A program made the position numbers and the translations under genes. Of a stretch of 25,448 bases of DNA, positions 1-8,721 are shown piece after piece (position 1 is the stretch's first letter; the number at the start of each line of letters is the position of its first letter). The notes below the pieces were generated by a model. The model searched no databases and was not told where the DNA came from. It saw nothing but the letters and a program-made list of their open reading frames with translations. Source of the DNA: a virus (lineage: Duplodnaviria; Caudoviricetes); the IMG/VR virus record IMGVR_UViG_3300005512_005686, positions 1 through 25,448 of that record; one strand, given 5' to 3'.

Positions 1-36
1 ATGGGCCCTCTCACGGGCCGAAACCGGAGGTGCCGA

Positions 37-234
37 TTGGCCGAGCAACTGACAGACCAGATCCGCGAGAACGCCCAAGGGCCGCGCCGCGCCAGCGGCG
101 ATTCGGGTTCCGTTGAGCAGCACTCCCTTCAGGACCAGATCGCGGCTGACCGCTACCTGGCCTCGAAGGAGGCCGCCAAGCGGAAAGGGCTGGGGGTTCG
201 CCTCGGCAGGATGATTCCACCGGGGGCCTGCTGA
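37..234 (+). CDS. Head completion / head-tail adaptor protein, lambda gpW-like position
   Basis: Small ORF directly before a lambda-type portal; GGAGG at 26-30 precedes in-frame TTG at 37 (ORF track starts at ATG 1); SVEQHSLQDQI resembles the gpW 'VEY..L..L' core. Confidence 0.6.
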   Translation: MAEQLTDQIRENAQGPRRASGDSGSVEQHSLQDQIAADRYLASKEAAKRKGLGVRLGRMIPPGAC

Positions 235-238
235 CGCC

Positions 239-1651
239 ATGCTGACCATCCTCTCCAACCTGTTCAGGCGCTCCCCCGCACCCCGGCGGACTCGGCGTCC
301 CCTGAACTGCCGGATCGTGCGTGGTCGTTTCGACGCGGCCCAAACCACCCCGGAGAACCGGAAGCACTGGGCGGCCGCGGACGGTCATTCCGCCGACGCC
401 GAGGCGAGCCCGGAAGTGCGCAAGGCGCTGCGGGAGCGGGCCCGGTACGAGGTGGCCAACAACAGCTATGCCAGGGGTATCGTGCTCACGCTGGCCAACG
501 ACACCATCGGCACGGGCCCGCGCTTGCAGATGCTCACCGATGACGACGAACTGAATCGCGACGTGGAGCGTGAGTTCAGCGCGTGGTCCCAGGCCGTCCG
601 ACTCCCCGAGAAACTGCGGACCATGCGCATGGCCCGCTGCCAGGACGGCGAGTCCTTCGCCATGCTGGTCGAGAACCCGGGGATCGACCACGACATCAAG
701 ATCGACCTGGGCCTGGTCGAAGCCGACCGCGTCACCAGCGATCTGACGGTGGTCGGACGCAGTGACGAGATCGATGGCATCCGCCTGGACGCACACGGCA
801 ACCCGGCCAGCTACCGCGTCCTGAAGCAGCACCCCGGCGGGTCGCAGTTCGACTACGGCCAGAAGGGCCTCGACGTTCCCGCGCAGGCGATGATCCATAT
901 CTTCCGGACCGACCGCCCGGGACTGCACCGGGGCATTCCTGAAATCACGCCCGCGCTTCCGCTCTTCGCCCAGCTTCGCCGGTACACCCTCGCGGTACTG
1001 TCAGCCGCCGAAGCCGCCGCCGACTTTGCGGGGATTCTCTATACGGATGCACCCGCATCGGGCGAGGCCGACGCCGTCGAGCCCATGGACCTGGTTCAGC
1101 TCGAGCGCAACATGCTGCTGACCATGCCCGGCGGCTGGAAGATGGCGCAGCTCGACCCGAAGCAGCCCGCCACCACCTATGCCGAGTTCAAGCGCGAGAT
1201 CCTCAACGAGATCGCCCGATGCCTGAACCTGCCCTTCAACGTCGCCGCCGGGAACTCCTCCGGCTACAACTACGCTTCCGGCCGCCTCGACCACCAGACC
1301 TACTACAAGGCCATCCGCATCGACCAGGCCTTCATCGCCGCCCGTGTTCTCGACCGCATCCTGGCCACCTGGCTGCGCGAATACGGGCTCTCCCGCGACC
1401 TCGACATCGCGGCTGCCCACCAGTGGTTCTGGGATGGCCTCGAGCACGTCGACCCCTACAAGGAGGCCAACGCCCAGCGCCTCCGGCTTGAAGACAACAC
1501 AACCACGCTCAGCCACGAATACGCCCGCCAGGGCCTGGACTGGGAAGCAGAGCTTCGCCAGCGCGCCCGTGAGAAGAGCTTCATGCGGGAGCTTGGACTG
1601 ATCGATACCGACGTCACCCCAGCAACCCAGGAGAACCGTGACCATGAATGA
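239..1651 (+). CDS. Phage portal protein, lambda family
   Basis: 470 aa; LRERARYEVANNSYARG, DGESF, RGIPEITP, YNYASGRL, HVDPYKEANA motifs typical of lambda gpB-type portals; position before protease/capsid. Confidence 0.93.
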   Translation: MLTILSNLFRRSPAPRRTRRPLNCRIVRGRFDAAQTTPENRKHWAAADGHSADAEASPEVRKALRERARYEVANNSYARGIVLTLANDTIGTGPRLQMLTDDDELNRDVEREFSAWSQAVRLPEKLRTMRMARCQDGESFAMLVENPGIDHDIKIDLGLVEADRVTSDLTVVGRSDEIDGIRLDAHGNPASYRVLKQHPGGSQFDYGQKGLDVPAQAMIHIFRTDRPGLHRGIPEITPALPLFAQLRRYTLAVLSAAEAAADFAGILYTDAPASGEADAVEPMDLVQLERNMLLTMPGGWKMAQLDPKQPATTYAEFKREILNEIARCLNLPFNVAAGNSSGYNYASGRLDHQTYYKAIRIDQAFIAARVLDRILATWLREYGLSRDLDIAAAHQWFWDGLEHVDPYKEANAQRLRLEDNTTTLSHEYARQGLDWEAELRQRAREKSFMRELGLIDTDVTPATQENRDHE

Positions 1652-3563
1652 GTTCGTGACCATCGAAGCAGCCGCCAAGGACGGCAACCCCAAAGTGAAG
1701 GGAGTCGCCTACTCGGGCGGCAAAATGAGCCTGCCGGGCTGGAAGCACCCGGTCGTGGTGGATCTCTCCGGCATGGAGATCCCCGACAGCGTCCCGCTGC
1801 TGACCAACCACGAGAATCGCACCGGCTCCCGCGTCGGCATGGTCGCAGCGCGCGTTGAGGACGACACCCTTCACATCGAGGGGGAAATCGTCTCCTCGAG
1901 CGGCCAGGCGGCGGGGATCGTCGAGCAGGCCGAGAGCGGGGCCGACTGGCAGCTGTCCATCGGGGCCGAGGTCAAGCAGTCCGACCTGGTCAAGACCGGC
2001 ACCCGCGTGGTCAACGGCCAGGAGCATGCCGCCCCCTTCTACCACGTCACCGCCTCGGTGCTGCGCGAGGTCTCGGTCGTCGCCGTCGGTGCCGATCAGG
2101 CCACGCGCATGCAGGTGGCCGCTTCCTTCACTCTCACCGGCGAGGTACCAACCGATGACGAGAACACTCGCAGCACTCCTCCGCCTGCTGGCCCGGTTGC
2201 TGATTCCGGTCAGCGTGCTCGGCCCTGCAGTGCAGCCCCCGACCCAGGCGTCGCCGCCGCCCAGGCGGTTGCCTCCGAACGCGAGCGTATCGCCGGTATC
2301 CAGCGTGTCTGCGCCGGTGAGTTCGCCGAGATCGAGCGCGAGGCCATCAACGCAGGCTGGACGGTCCATGACACCGGGCAGCGGGTGCTCGCAGCCATCC
2401 GCGCGGCGCGCCCCGTGGCGGACGTGAACATCTCCGTCCGGCGCGATCCCGGCCCGAGCTTCGAGCGGCGTGTCCTGGAAGCCGCCCTGTGCATGCGCGC
2501 CAACATCGGGGAGGCCGACCTGGTGCGCCATTACGGCGACGAGGTCGTGTCCGGCGCGAGCCGCAGCCGGGACCTAAGCCTGCACCAGCTCTTCGTGGAG
2601 TGCGCGCGGCTTGAGGGGGTTGTTGTTCCGCGCAGCTTCGGCAACGACACCATCCGTGCCGCGTTCAGCACGGTCTCCCTGCCGGGGATCCTCAACAACG
2701 TGGCGAACAAGCGCCTGCTGCGTAGCTTCGAAGCGCAACCGGTGATCGCCACCCGCCTGTGCAGCGAGGGCGAGCTCAACGACTTCAAAGAGTCCGAGCG
2801 CTACCGCCTGACGGACGTTGGCGACCTCGAGCCGGTGGCCCCGGACGGCGAGATCAAGCACGGCGGACTCACCGAGGAGAAGGCGACCAACCAGCTCGGG
2901 ACGTTCGGAAAGATCTTCGCCCTGACCCGGCAGATGATCTACAACGACGATCTGGGCGCGTTCCTGAAGGTCCCGGACGGCATGGGTGCCAGGGCGGCGC
3001 GGAAGATCGATCAGCTCTTCTTCACCCGCCTTCTCGGCAATCCCGCCAACCTGTTCAGTGCCGCTCACCGCAACTACCAGGACGGCACCGACACGGCGCT
3101 CTCCGGCGACAGCCTCGGCCTGGCGGTGCAGCTGTTCCTGGACCAGGTCGATGCGGACGGTCAGCCGATCAACATCAGCCCGAAGTTCCTGCTGGTGCCA
3201 ACGGCGCTGAAGATGACCGCGCGCGAGCTCCTGAACTCCACGTTCTTCATCGCCACGGGGTCGACCGACAAGAAGCGCGTCCCGACCTACAACGCCCTGG
3301 CGGACGAGGATCTGGAGGTCATCAGCTCCCCGTACCTCTCCAACTCCAACTACACCGGGGCCTCGGCCCTGGCCTGGTACCTCTTCGCCGACCCGGCCGT
3401 CGTCGACACGTTCGAGATCGGGTATCTGAAAGGCCGTCGCACCCCGACCGTCGAGCGCGGCGAGACCGACTTCGACACGCTCGGAATCAAGTTCCGCGTC
3501 TACTTCGACCTCGGCGTCCGCGAACAGGACTTCCGGGGGATGGTGAAGTTCAAGGGCGAGTAA
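1644..3563 (+). CDS. Prohead protease - major capsid protein fusion (HK97-type protease domain + Mu gpT-like capsid domain)
   Basis: N-terminal PLLTNH...LSIGA...LREVSVVAVGAD protease motifs; ERERIAGI scaffold-like helix; C-terminal LEPVAPDGEIK, TFGKIFALTRQMIYNDDLGAF, PKFLLVPTAL, DFGV-like RVYFDLGVREQDFRG. AGGAGA at 1629-1634; alternative GTG start 1638. Confidence 0.9.
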   Translation: MNEFVTIEAAAKDGNPKVKGVAYSGGKMSLPGWKHPVVVDLSGMEIPDSVPLLTNHENRTGSRVGMVAARVEDDTLHIEGEIVSSSGQAAGIVEQAESGADWQLSIGAEVKQSDLVKTGTRVVNGQEHAAPFYHVTASVLREVSVVAVGADQATRMQVAASFTLTGEVPTDDENTRSTPPPAGPVADSGQRARPCSAAPDPGVAAAQAVASERERIAGIQRVCAGEFAEIEREAINAGWTVHDTGQRVLAAIRAARPVADVNISVRRDPGPSFERRVLEAALCMRANIGEADLVRHYGDEVVSGASRSRDLSLHQLFVECARLEGVVVPRSFGNDTIRAAFSTVSLPGILNNVANKRLLRSFEAQPVIATRLCSEGELNDFKESERYRLTDVGDLEPVAPDGEIKHGGLTEEKATNQLGTFGKIFALTRQMIYNDDLGAFLKVPDGMGARAARKIDQLFFTRLLGNPANLFSAAHRNYQDGTDTALSGDSLGLAVQLFLDQVDADGQPINISPKFLLVPTALKMTARELLNSTFFIATGSTDKKRVPTYNALADEDLEVISSPYLSNSNYTGASALAWYLFADPAVVDTFEIGYLKGRRTPTVERGETDFDTLGIKFRVYFDLGVREQDFRGMVKFKGE

Positions 3564-3594
3564 CGCTTCAGGCAACACACAGGAGACAACCATC

Positions 3595-3948
3595 ATGACT
3601 GCAGTCTTCAAACAACGCGGCGACGCGGTGGACTACATCCCTCCGGCTGACGTGAACGCGGGCGACGTGGTCGTCCAGCACGACCTGGTCGGGATCGCCA
3701 AGCTGGACATCAAAGCGGGAGAGAGGGGCGCGCTGGCCGTGACCGGCGTCTACTCCGTCCCGCGGGTGTCCGGCCCCGGCACGGCCATGGAGGCAGGGAT
3801 GAAGCTCTACTGGCTCCAGGTGGACAAGAAGGCGACGCTCGACGCTGACGACGGGAGTACGCCGCCCATCTCCTATCCCTATCTCGGCAAGTGCATCCTC
3901 ACCGCCGAGGATGACGATGAGACCGTCCTGGTGAGGCTCGACCAATGA
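3595..3948 (+). CDS. DUF2190-family capsid cement/decoration protein
   Basis: 117 aa after capsid; F.Q.GD.VDY.P..DV.AGDVVV...LVGIA..DI.AGE.GAL.V.GVY pattern; SD AGGAGA 3581-3586. Confidence 0.85.
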   Translation: MTAVFKQRGDAVDYIPPADVNAGDVVVQHDLVGIAKLDIKAGERGALAVTGVYSVPRVSGPGTAMEAGMKLYWLQVDKKATLDADDGSTPPISYPYLGKCILTAEDDDETVLVRLDQ

Positions 3949-4310
3949 CGGACCTGCTGGGGAAGGCCGCCGACTGGCTCGAGCGCCAGCGCCACACGCA
4001 CCTGACCACGTCCGTGTGGTTCGAGCGTGCGGGCAAGCGCATCGGGCTCCAGGCCACGGTGGGGCGGACGCAGTTCGAGAGCACCGACGAATACGGACGC
4101 GTGCTCCGGACCGAGTCCCGCGACTACCTGGTCCGGGCCGCCGACCTGGTGATCGACGGACCGACGGTCCTTCCCCAGCCGGGCGACCTGATCATCGAGG
4201 GCGGCCTCCGCTACGAGGTGATGTCGCCCCCGGGCGAGCCCGAGTGGCGCTGGTCCGATGTCAACCGCAGCACACTTCGCATCCACACCAGACAGACCGA
4301 CGAGGAATAG
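3945..4310 (+). CDS. Head-tail joining (head closure) protein, lambda gpFII-like
   Basis: ATGA overlap with cement gene; P.PGDLI..GG..YEV....G...W and LRIHT motifs; size and position. Confidence 0.7.
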   Translation: MTDLLGKAADWLERQRHTHLTTSVWFERAGKRIGLQATVGRTQFESTDEYGRVLRTESRDYLVRAADLVIDGPTVLPQPGDLIIEGGLRYEVMSPPGEPEWRWSDVNRSTLRIHTRQTDEE

Positions 4311-4316
4311 CCCCCC

Positions 4317-4559
4317 ATGCCCAACGGCACCGACAACCCGGACAGCCGCGATCTGTGGATCGTGGTGAACGAGATGCGCGAGGACGTCGCGGAGATGAAG
4401 GGGATGCTCCGGCTGCACATGGAGGATCCGAGCATTCACCACCGCCCGCCTTGCGTACAGGTGCACGAGGTGCAGAACGCCATCCTCGCGGCGGCCGGGG
4501 CCGCAGTGCTGGCCCTGCTGGCCGCTATCGGGTCACTCATTGCGGCCCTGCTGAAATAG
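4317..4559 (+). CDS. Small membrane-anchored protein (amphipathic helix + C-terminal TM segment; holin/XhlA-like architecture)
   Basis: 80 aa; VVNEMREDVAEMKGML heptad helix and hydrophobic C-terminus AILAAAGAAVLALLAAIGSLIAALLK. Confidence 0.6.
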   Translation: MPNGTDNPDSRDLWIVVNEMREDVAEMKGMLRLHMEDPSIHHRPPCVQVHEVQNAILAAAGAAVLALLAAIGSLIAALLK

Positions 4560-4569
4560 GAGACGCTCC

Positions 4570-4995
4570 GTGGCCACTGTCACATCAATCGCCAACGCCG
4601 TCGCGGCCAAGATGAACGCAGGTTCATTCAGCCGGGAGTTCGAGGCCGAGGTGGTGTTCCGACCGATCTTCGACCTGCGCAACCTGAAGACGCTCAAGGT
4701 CACGGTCGTTCCACGCGCAGTCAGCTTCGAGCGCGCGAGCCGCCAGGCGGATTCGCGCCTGGTGCAGGTGGACATCGGCATCCAGCGCAAGCTCGCTGAC
4801 CAGTCCGACATCGAGCAACTTCTGGAGCTGGTGGAGGAGATCACCCTGTGCTTCGGCGTGGGCAAGCGGCTCCCGGACTACCCCGAGGCGCTGTGCGTGG
4901 AGATTGAGAACGAGCCGGTCTACGCGCCCGAGCACATCGAGCAGTACCGCCAGTTCACCAGTGTCGTGACGCTGACCTTCGAGGTGATCCGATGA
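4570..4995 (+). CDS. Probable tail terminator / tail completion protein
   Basis: 141 aa in neck module; SD AGGAGA 4558-4563; alpha/beta pattern IANAVAAKMN...VDIGIQ...LLELVEEI...FTSVVTLTF fits gpU-like terminators. Confidence 0.6.
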   Translation: MATVTSIANAVAAKMNAGSFSREFEAEVVFRPIFDLRNLKTLKVTVVPRAVSFERASRQADSRLVQVDIGIQRKLADQSDIEQLLELVEEITLCFGVGKRLPDYPEALCVEIENEPVYAPEHIEQYRQFTSVVTLTFEVIR

Positions 4996-5246
4996 ACAGC
5001 ACCATCATGCGCAGGATCGAGGTCACCAGCGACTACCGGCCCATGTCAGGCGTGCCGCTGATCGGGTCCTTCGAGATCAGCAGCATTCCGGGCAACTCGG
5101 ACATCGTTTTGTTCCGGGGCGACGACGGCAGTGACGTGCCCTGGGTGCCCGGTGAGTATCACACTCTGCATCGGGTCGATCTCTCGCGCATCCTGATCAA
5201 GGGCACGGAGGGCGACGTGGTCACCGTCATCGGGGGGACGTGGTGA
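4992..5246 (+). CDS. Hypothetical small beta-rich protein (possible fibre attachment/adaptor)
   Basis: 84 aa, ATGA overlap upstream and TGATG overlap downstream; typical codon bias. Confidence 0.7.
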   Translation: MNSTIMRRIEVTSDYRPMSGVPLIGSFEISSIPGNSDIVLFRGDDGSDVPWVPGEYHTLHRVDLSRILIKGTEGDVVTVIGGTW

Positions 5247-6172
5247 TGGGATACTACGCGTCATCGGAGACTGTGCCCGTTCCCGGACCTGCCGGGCCCC
5301 AGGGCGAAGCCGGACCACCCGGCCCCCAGGGAGATCCCGGCCCACTCGGCGATGTCGGGCTTCAGGGGCCGCAAGGCGAGCAGGGGCCGCCTGGAAATGC
5401 GGGACCTCAGGGACCGGTGGGCCCCCAAGGCGAGACGGGACCTGCCGGGCCGCAAGGCCCACAGGGGGACGTTGGGCCAGCCGGACCCGACGGTCCGCAG
5501 GGAGACGCCGGACCTGCTGGCCCCCAGGGCGAAATGGGTTCTGTCGGACCTCCCGGCCTTCAGGGGGAACAGGGCGACCCCGGACCTGCCGGGACGCAAG
5601 GGGACGTGGGGCCAGTCGGGCCGCAAGGCCCACAGGGGGAACAGGGATTGCCCGGTGAAGCCGGTCCCGCAGGACCGGAAGGACTCCAGGGCGAAACGGG
5701 TCCGGCTGGACCGCCCGGCGCGGACGGCGACACGGCCATCGAGGTGTCTGCGCTTCCTGTCGTCCCGGTCGCGCACCGGCTCTACCGGCTGACCGGCCTC
5801 GATCCCAACGCGAAGGCCGCGCCCGGCTACTACCGGCACGACGGGACGGGATGGATCTGCTTCGCGTATGCGTCCCTCTACCCGTGGGGCAACACCGGGT
5901 CTGCCCCGGCGTTTTCGGTCATTCCCGGCACGAAGATGACCTGGTCTCAGAACCAGGACATCGTTGCCGCCACGATCTCGTTCTCACGCCCCGGTGTCTT
6001 CTGCGCGATCAAGACCGGCGCGGGAGCGTTCCCGCTGCCCACCATGGCGAACCGCATGGCGCGTGAGCTCTACACCGGAGCCTGGACCGACGCGGCGGCC
6101 GCCCTGGCAAGCATCGTCATCGAGGACGACGGAACGTACCTGCTCTGCGCAGCGGCGGAGGTGTCCACGTGA
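5246..6172 (+). CDS. Collagen-like fibre protein
   Basis: 50 uninterrupted Gly-X-Y triplets followed by a ~145-aa globular C-terminal region (YYRHDGTGW motif); ATG overlaps upstream stop (ORF track gives GTG 5240). Confidence 0.9.
   Translation: MGYYASSETVPVPGPAGPQGEAGPPGPQGDPGPLGDVGLQGPQGEQGPPGNAGPQGPVGPQGETGPAGPQGPQGDVGPAGPDGPQGDAGPAGPQGEMGSVGPPGLQGEQGDPGPAGTQGDVGPVGPQGPQGEQGLPGEAGPAGPEGLQGETGPAGPPGADGDTAIEVSALPVVPVAHRLYRLTGLDPNAKAAPGYYRHDGTGWICFAYASLYPWGNTGSAPAFSVIPGTKMTWSQNQDIVAATISFSRPGVFCAIKTGAGAFPLPTMANRMARELYTGAWTDAAAALASIVIEDDGTYLLCAAAEVST
5285..5734 (+). repeat. 9-bp-period collagen-coding repeat (Gly-X-Y x50)
   Basis: GPA GPQ GEA ... GAD GDT; includes an exact 24-nt duplication CGGGCCGCAAGGCCCACAGGGGGA at 5446-5469 and 5617-5640. 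Confidence 0.95.
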
Positions 6173-6702
6173 GGAGCTTCCGCGACATCCAGGCGATGAT
6201 GGCACGGCGGCGCAACCGCACGTCCTGGCCGTGGATCACCGTCGATCCCGATGCCGACCCGCCCCCTGTCGCGGGCGGCTACTACGGCGGCGAGGACGTC
6301 TGGCACGCCTGGATGTGGGTGGACGGCCTCGGCGTACCGACGGGCTGGACCGAGGACGCCTCGTGGTTCCTGCGCACCACCGCCGAGGCAGCCTACTTCC
6401 ACCTCGGCACCGGACAGTGGGTGTATTCGGGGAGCCGCGAGATCCACTGCCGCTGCCACGGCTCCGGCCCGAGCTATTCGTGGGGCCTGGCCCGGTTCAA
6501 CGGCGTCATCGAGCAGGAAGGCGTCTACGCGGTCTACGACCCGGATTCAGACGCCTTCTACTGGTACGTGGGGAACCCGACCCGACCCGGTCAGGACGTC
6601 TACGCCTACTGTCTCGCGGAAGAGGACACCCCGCCCATCACGGTCTGGGGGTCTCCCTGGTCCGTGCCGACCTTCGAGCTCTGGCCGGAGATGCCCGTAT
6701 GA
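6169..6702 (+). CDS. Hypothetical Trp/Tyr-rich protein
   Basis: 177 aa; GTGA overlap upstream, ATGA overlap downstream; strong GC3 bias in this frame. Confidence 0.75.
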   Translation: MRSFRDIQAMMARRRNRTSWPWITVDPDADPPPVAGGYYGGEDVWHAWMWVDGLGVPTGWTEDASWFLRTTAEAAYFHLGTGQWVYSGSREIHCRCHGSGPSYSWGLARFNGVIEQEGVYAVYDPDSDAFYWYVGNPTRPGQDVYAYCLAEEDTPPITVWGSPWSVPTFELWPEMPV

Positions 6703-7751
6703 TGAAGCCCGACCACAACCTGGCGAAGGCACTGGCTGGTCGCGCGAGGATCTGCCCCGCCTCTCCCCCACGTTCCCGCGTCCGCCTGACGGATCTGGAT
6801 GTGCTCGTTCCGCTCTATGGGCAGAGCCGGGCGCGAGCCCAAGCCACTGTCCGAGCCTTCGCGCGTTGGCACGGACACCAGGTGGAGATGCCTCGTGTGC
6901 TCTGTGCGTGGTGCTACCGGGAGGGCCACGAGCCTGCGGACCTCGCGGCTCTGCCCGACTACAACTGGCTGGAGCGGGTGCGGCTGCCCAAGTACGACCT
7001 CGACGACGGGCTCTTCCGTAAGGAAGGCCTCCTCAACCTGCTCGTGGCCGAACACGCGACGGCCCCCTCCATCCTCGCCAGCGACTCGGACTGCTGGAGT
7101 GCAGACCCGCACTGGTTCAGGAAGGTCCGTGACCGGCTCGCCGAGAACGCCCGGCACGTGATGCAGCCGTTCCGCGTGATGACCGACACCGAGGAGTCGC
7201 TGCCGCTGGCGAGCTGGTCCAGCCAGACGCTGCCGGGACTTTGCCGCGCTACCGCCCTCCAGCCCGGGCTGGGCTGGGCGTTCACGCGCGCCTGGGCCGA
7301 CCTGCATGGTGAGCAGCCGGTGTTCAACCCCTGGCCCGTGACCGGCTCGGGCGACTGCATGTTCATCCTGGAGCACTTCTCAGACGACAGGGGAAAGGTC
7401 TTCGCCGAACGCCACAGCCAGTACCGCTACTTCGGCGACTTCATGCGCCCCGGCCTGCCCGAAGGAAAGCTCACCTGTATCCCAGTCGATGTCCGGCACG
7501 AGAACCACACCGACCGAAGCGCCGTGCCCGAGCAGTGGCGGCGGAAGCGCTACTGCGACCGGGCATACCACTGGTCTCGAGTCGTCCTCGACCTGCTCGG
7601 GAATCTGCGGGGACACGTCTTGCTGGACGCACACGGAGTGCCCATGCCGATCGACCCGGACGGGGTCTTCGTGCGCGTGCTGCGCCGGAAACCGGAGATG
7701 CAGGACCGCGAGAGCACCGAGGCCATCGTGGCCGAGGAGGTGCGCCCATGA
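6699..7751 (+). CDS. GT-A fold glycosyltransferase-like protein
   Basis: True start is the ATGA overlap at 6699 (ORF track extends to 5964). VLVPLY first strand, LFRKEGLLN, ILASDSD (DxD), VMQPF, PGLGWAFTR, GSGD, VRHENH motifs match GT2/GT7-like enzymes. Confidence 0.75.
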   Translation: MMKPDHNLAKALAGRARICPASPPRSRVRLTDLDVLVPLYGQSRARAQATVRAFARWHGHQVEMPRVLCAWCYREGHEPADLAALPDYNWLERVRLPKYDLDDGLFRKEGLLNLLVAEHATAPSILASDSDCWSADPHWFRKVRDRLAENARHVMQPFRVMTDTEESLPLASWSSQTLPGLCRATALQPGLGWAFTRAWADLHGEQPVFNPWPVTGSGDCMFILEHFSDDRGKVFAERHSQYRYFGDFMRPGLPEGKLTCIPVDVRHENHTDRSAVPEQWRRKRYCDRAYHWSRVVLDLLGNLRGHVLLDAHGVPMPIDPDGVFVRVLRRKPEMQDRESTEAIVAEEVRP

Positions 7752-8143
7752 TCCGCATGAAGGCAACCGGGCGGCTCGATGCCAGGAAGCTCAAGCGGCG
7801 CGCCGCACAGGGCTCGATCCGCTCGCTCGGGCACGCCGGAGCGGCCCTGCGGCTGACCGCCCGGCGCAGCATCCGGCGGTCCGGCAGGCCGTCCGCCCCG
7901 GGCCGTCCGCCCCACACGCGGCGCGGACAGCTCAAGCGGTCCTTGCGCTATGCGGTCGAGAAGAACCGCGAGCGCGTCCTGATCGGCCCGACCTACACGG
8001 TCGTGGGCCGATCGGCCAGAGCCCACGAGTTCGGCGGCCGATACCGCCGCGAGACCTATCCGAAACGCCCGTTCATGGGCCCGGCGCTCATGAAGATCCG
8101 AAGCCGCCTGCCTCGCATGTGGGCCGACTCGATCAGGGCATAG
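7748..8143 (+). CDS. HK97 gp10-like / virion morphogenesis (tail completion) protein
   Basis: ATGA overlap; basic; SAPGRPPHTRRGQLKRS, AHEFGG, PKRPFMGPAL motifs. Confidence 0.8.
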   Translation: MIRMKATGRLDARKLKRRAAQGSIRSLGHAGAALRLTARRSIRRSGRPSAPGRPPHTRRGQLKRSLRYAVEKNRERVLIGPTYTVVGRSARAHEFGGRYRRETYPKRPFMGPALMKIRSRLPRMWADSIRA

Positions 8144-8213
8144 GAGACGCCAGGCAGCAACAGGCGCGGGCACGGTGCCCGGCCGCGATCAACCCCAGCA
8201 GGAGACACAGAAA

Positions 8214-8639
8214 ATGTCGATCAAACTCGGAATGGAAGCAAAGCTCTACTACGGCGCGGCGGGCGCGACCGCCACCACGGAGCTGACCAACGTCAAAGAC
8301 GTCACCCTCAACCTGGAGTCGGGCGAGGCCGACGTGACCACGCGCGCCAACGCCGGTTGGCGGGCCACCGTCGGCACGCTGAAGACCGGCTCGGTCGAGT
8401 TCGAGATGATCTGGGACTCGGACGACGCTGGCTTCGCCGCCATCAAGGACGCCTACTTCAACAACGAGCCGATTGCCCTGGCGATCCTCGACGAAGCGGG
8501 CGGGGAAGGGCTCGACGCGGATTTCTCGATCACCAGCTTCAGCCGCAAGGAAGCGCTGGAGGAGGCGATCACCGTGTCGGTCACCGCCAAACCGACCTAC
8601 TCGACCCGCGCCCCGGCGTGGGTGGAACCCACCCCGTAA
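8214..8639 (+). CDS. Major tail (tube) protein
   Basis: SD AGGAGA 8200-8205, ATG 8214; VKDVTLNLESGEADVTT...GWRATVGTLKTGSVEFE and ITSFSRKEALEEAITVSVTAKPT typical of siphophage tube proteins. Confidence 0.85.
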   Translation: MSIKLGMEAKLYYGAAGATATTELTNVKDVTLNLESGEADVTTRANAGWRATVGTLKTGSVEFEMIWDSDDAGFAAIKDAYFNNEPIALAILDEAGGEGLDADFSITSFSRKEALEEAITVSVTAKPTYSTRAPAWVEPTP

Positions 8640-8647
8640 CGCCGCTC

Positions 8648-8684
8648 GCGGGATGGGCGGTCATCTCCCGGCCGCCCGTCCCGC
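8648..8684 (+). promoter_or_regulatory. Stable RNA hairpin 3' of major tail gene (no U-tract; stabiliser or attenuator)
   Basis: 15-bp stem 8648-8662 / 8670-8684 with two G-U pairs, loop AUCUCCC. Confidence 0.65.
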
Positions 8685-8721
8685 AGCCCGATTCCCAACC
8701 TGACGGAAGGAGTGAAGAACA

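Noticed and set aside
5285-5734. Short-period repeats as CRISPR array or non-coding tandem repeat
   Set aside because: Fully explained by Gly-X-Y coding; no constant repeat with unique spacers; no cas genes.
5964-6698. N-terminal extension of the glycosyltransferase ORF (and similar extensions 7535-7747, 13719-14555, 24084-24935)
   Set aside because: Arg/Pro-rich off-frame read of the overlapping upstream genes; stop/start overlaps mark the true starts.
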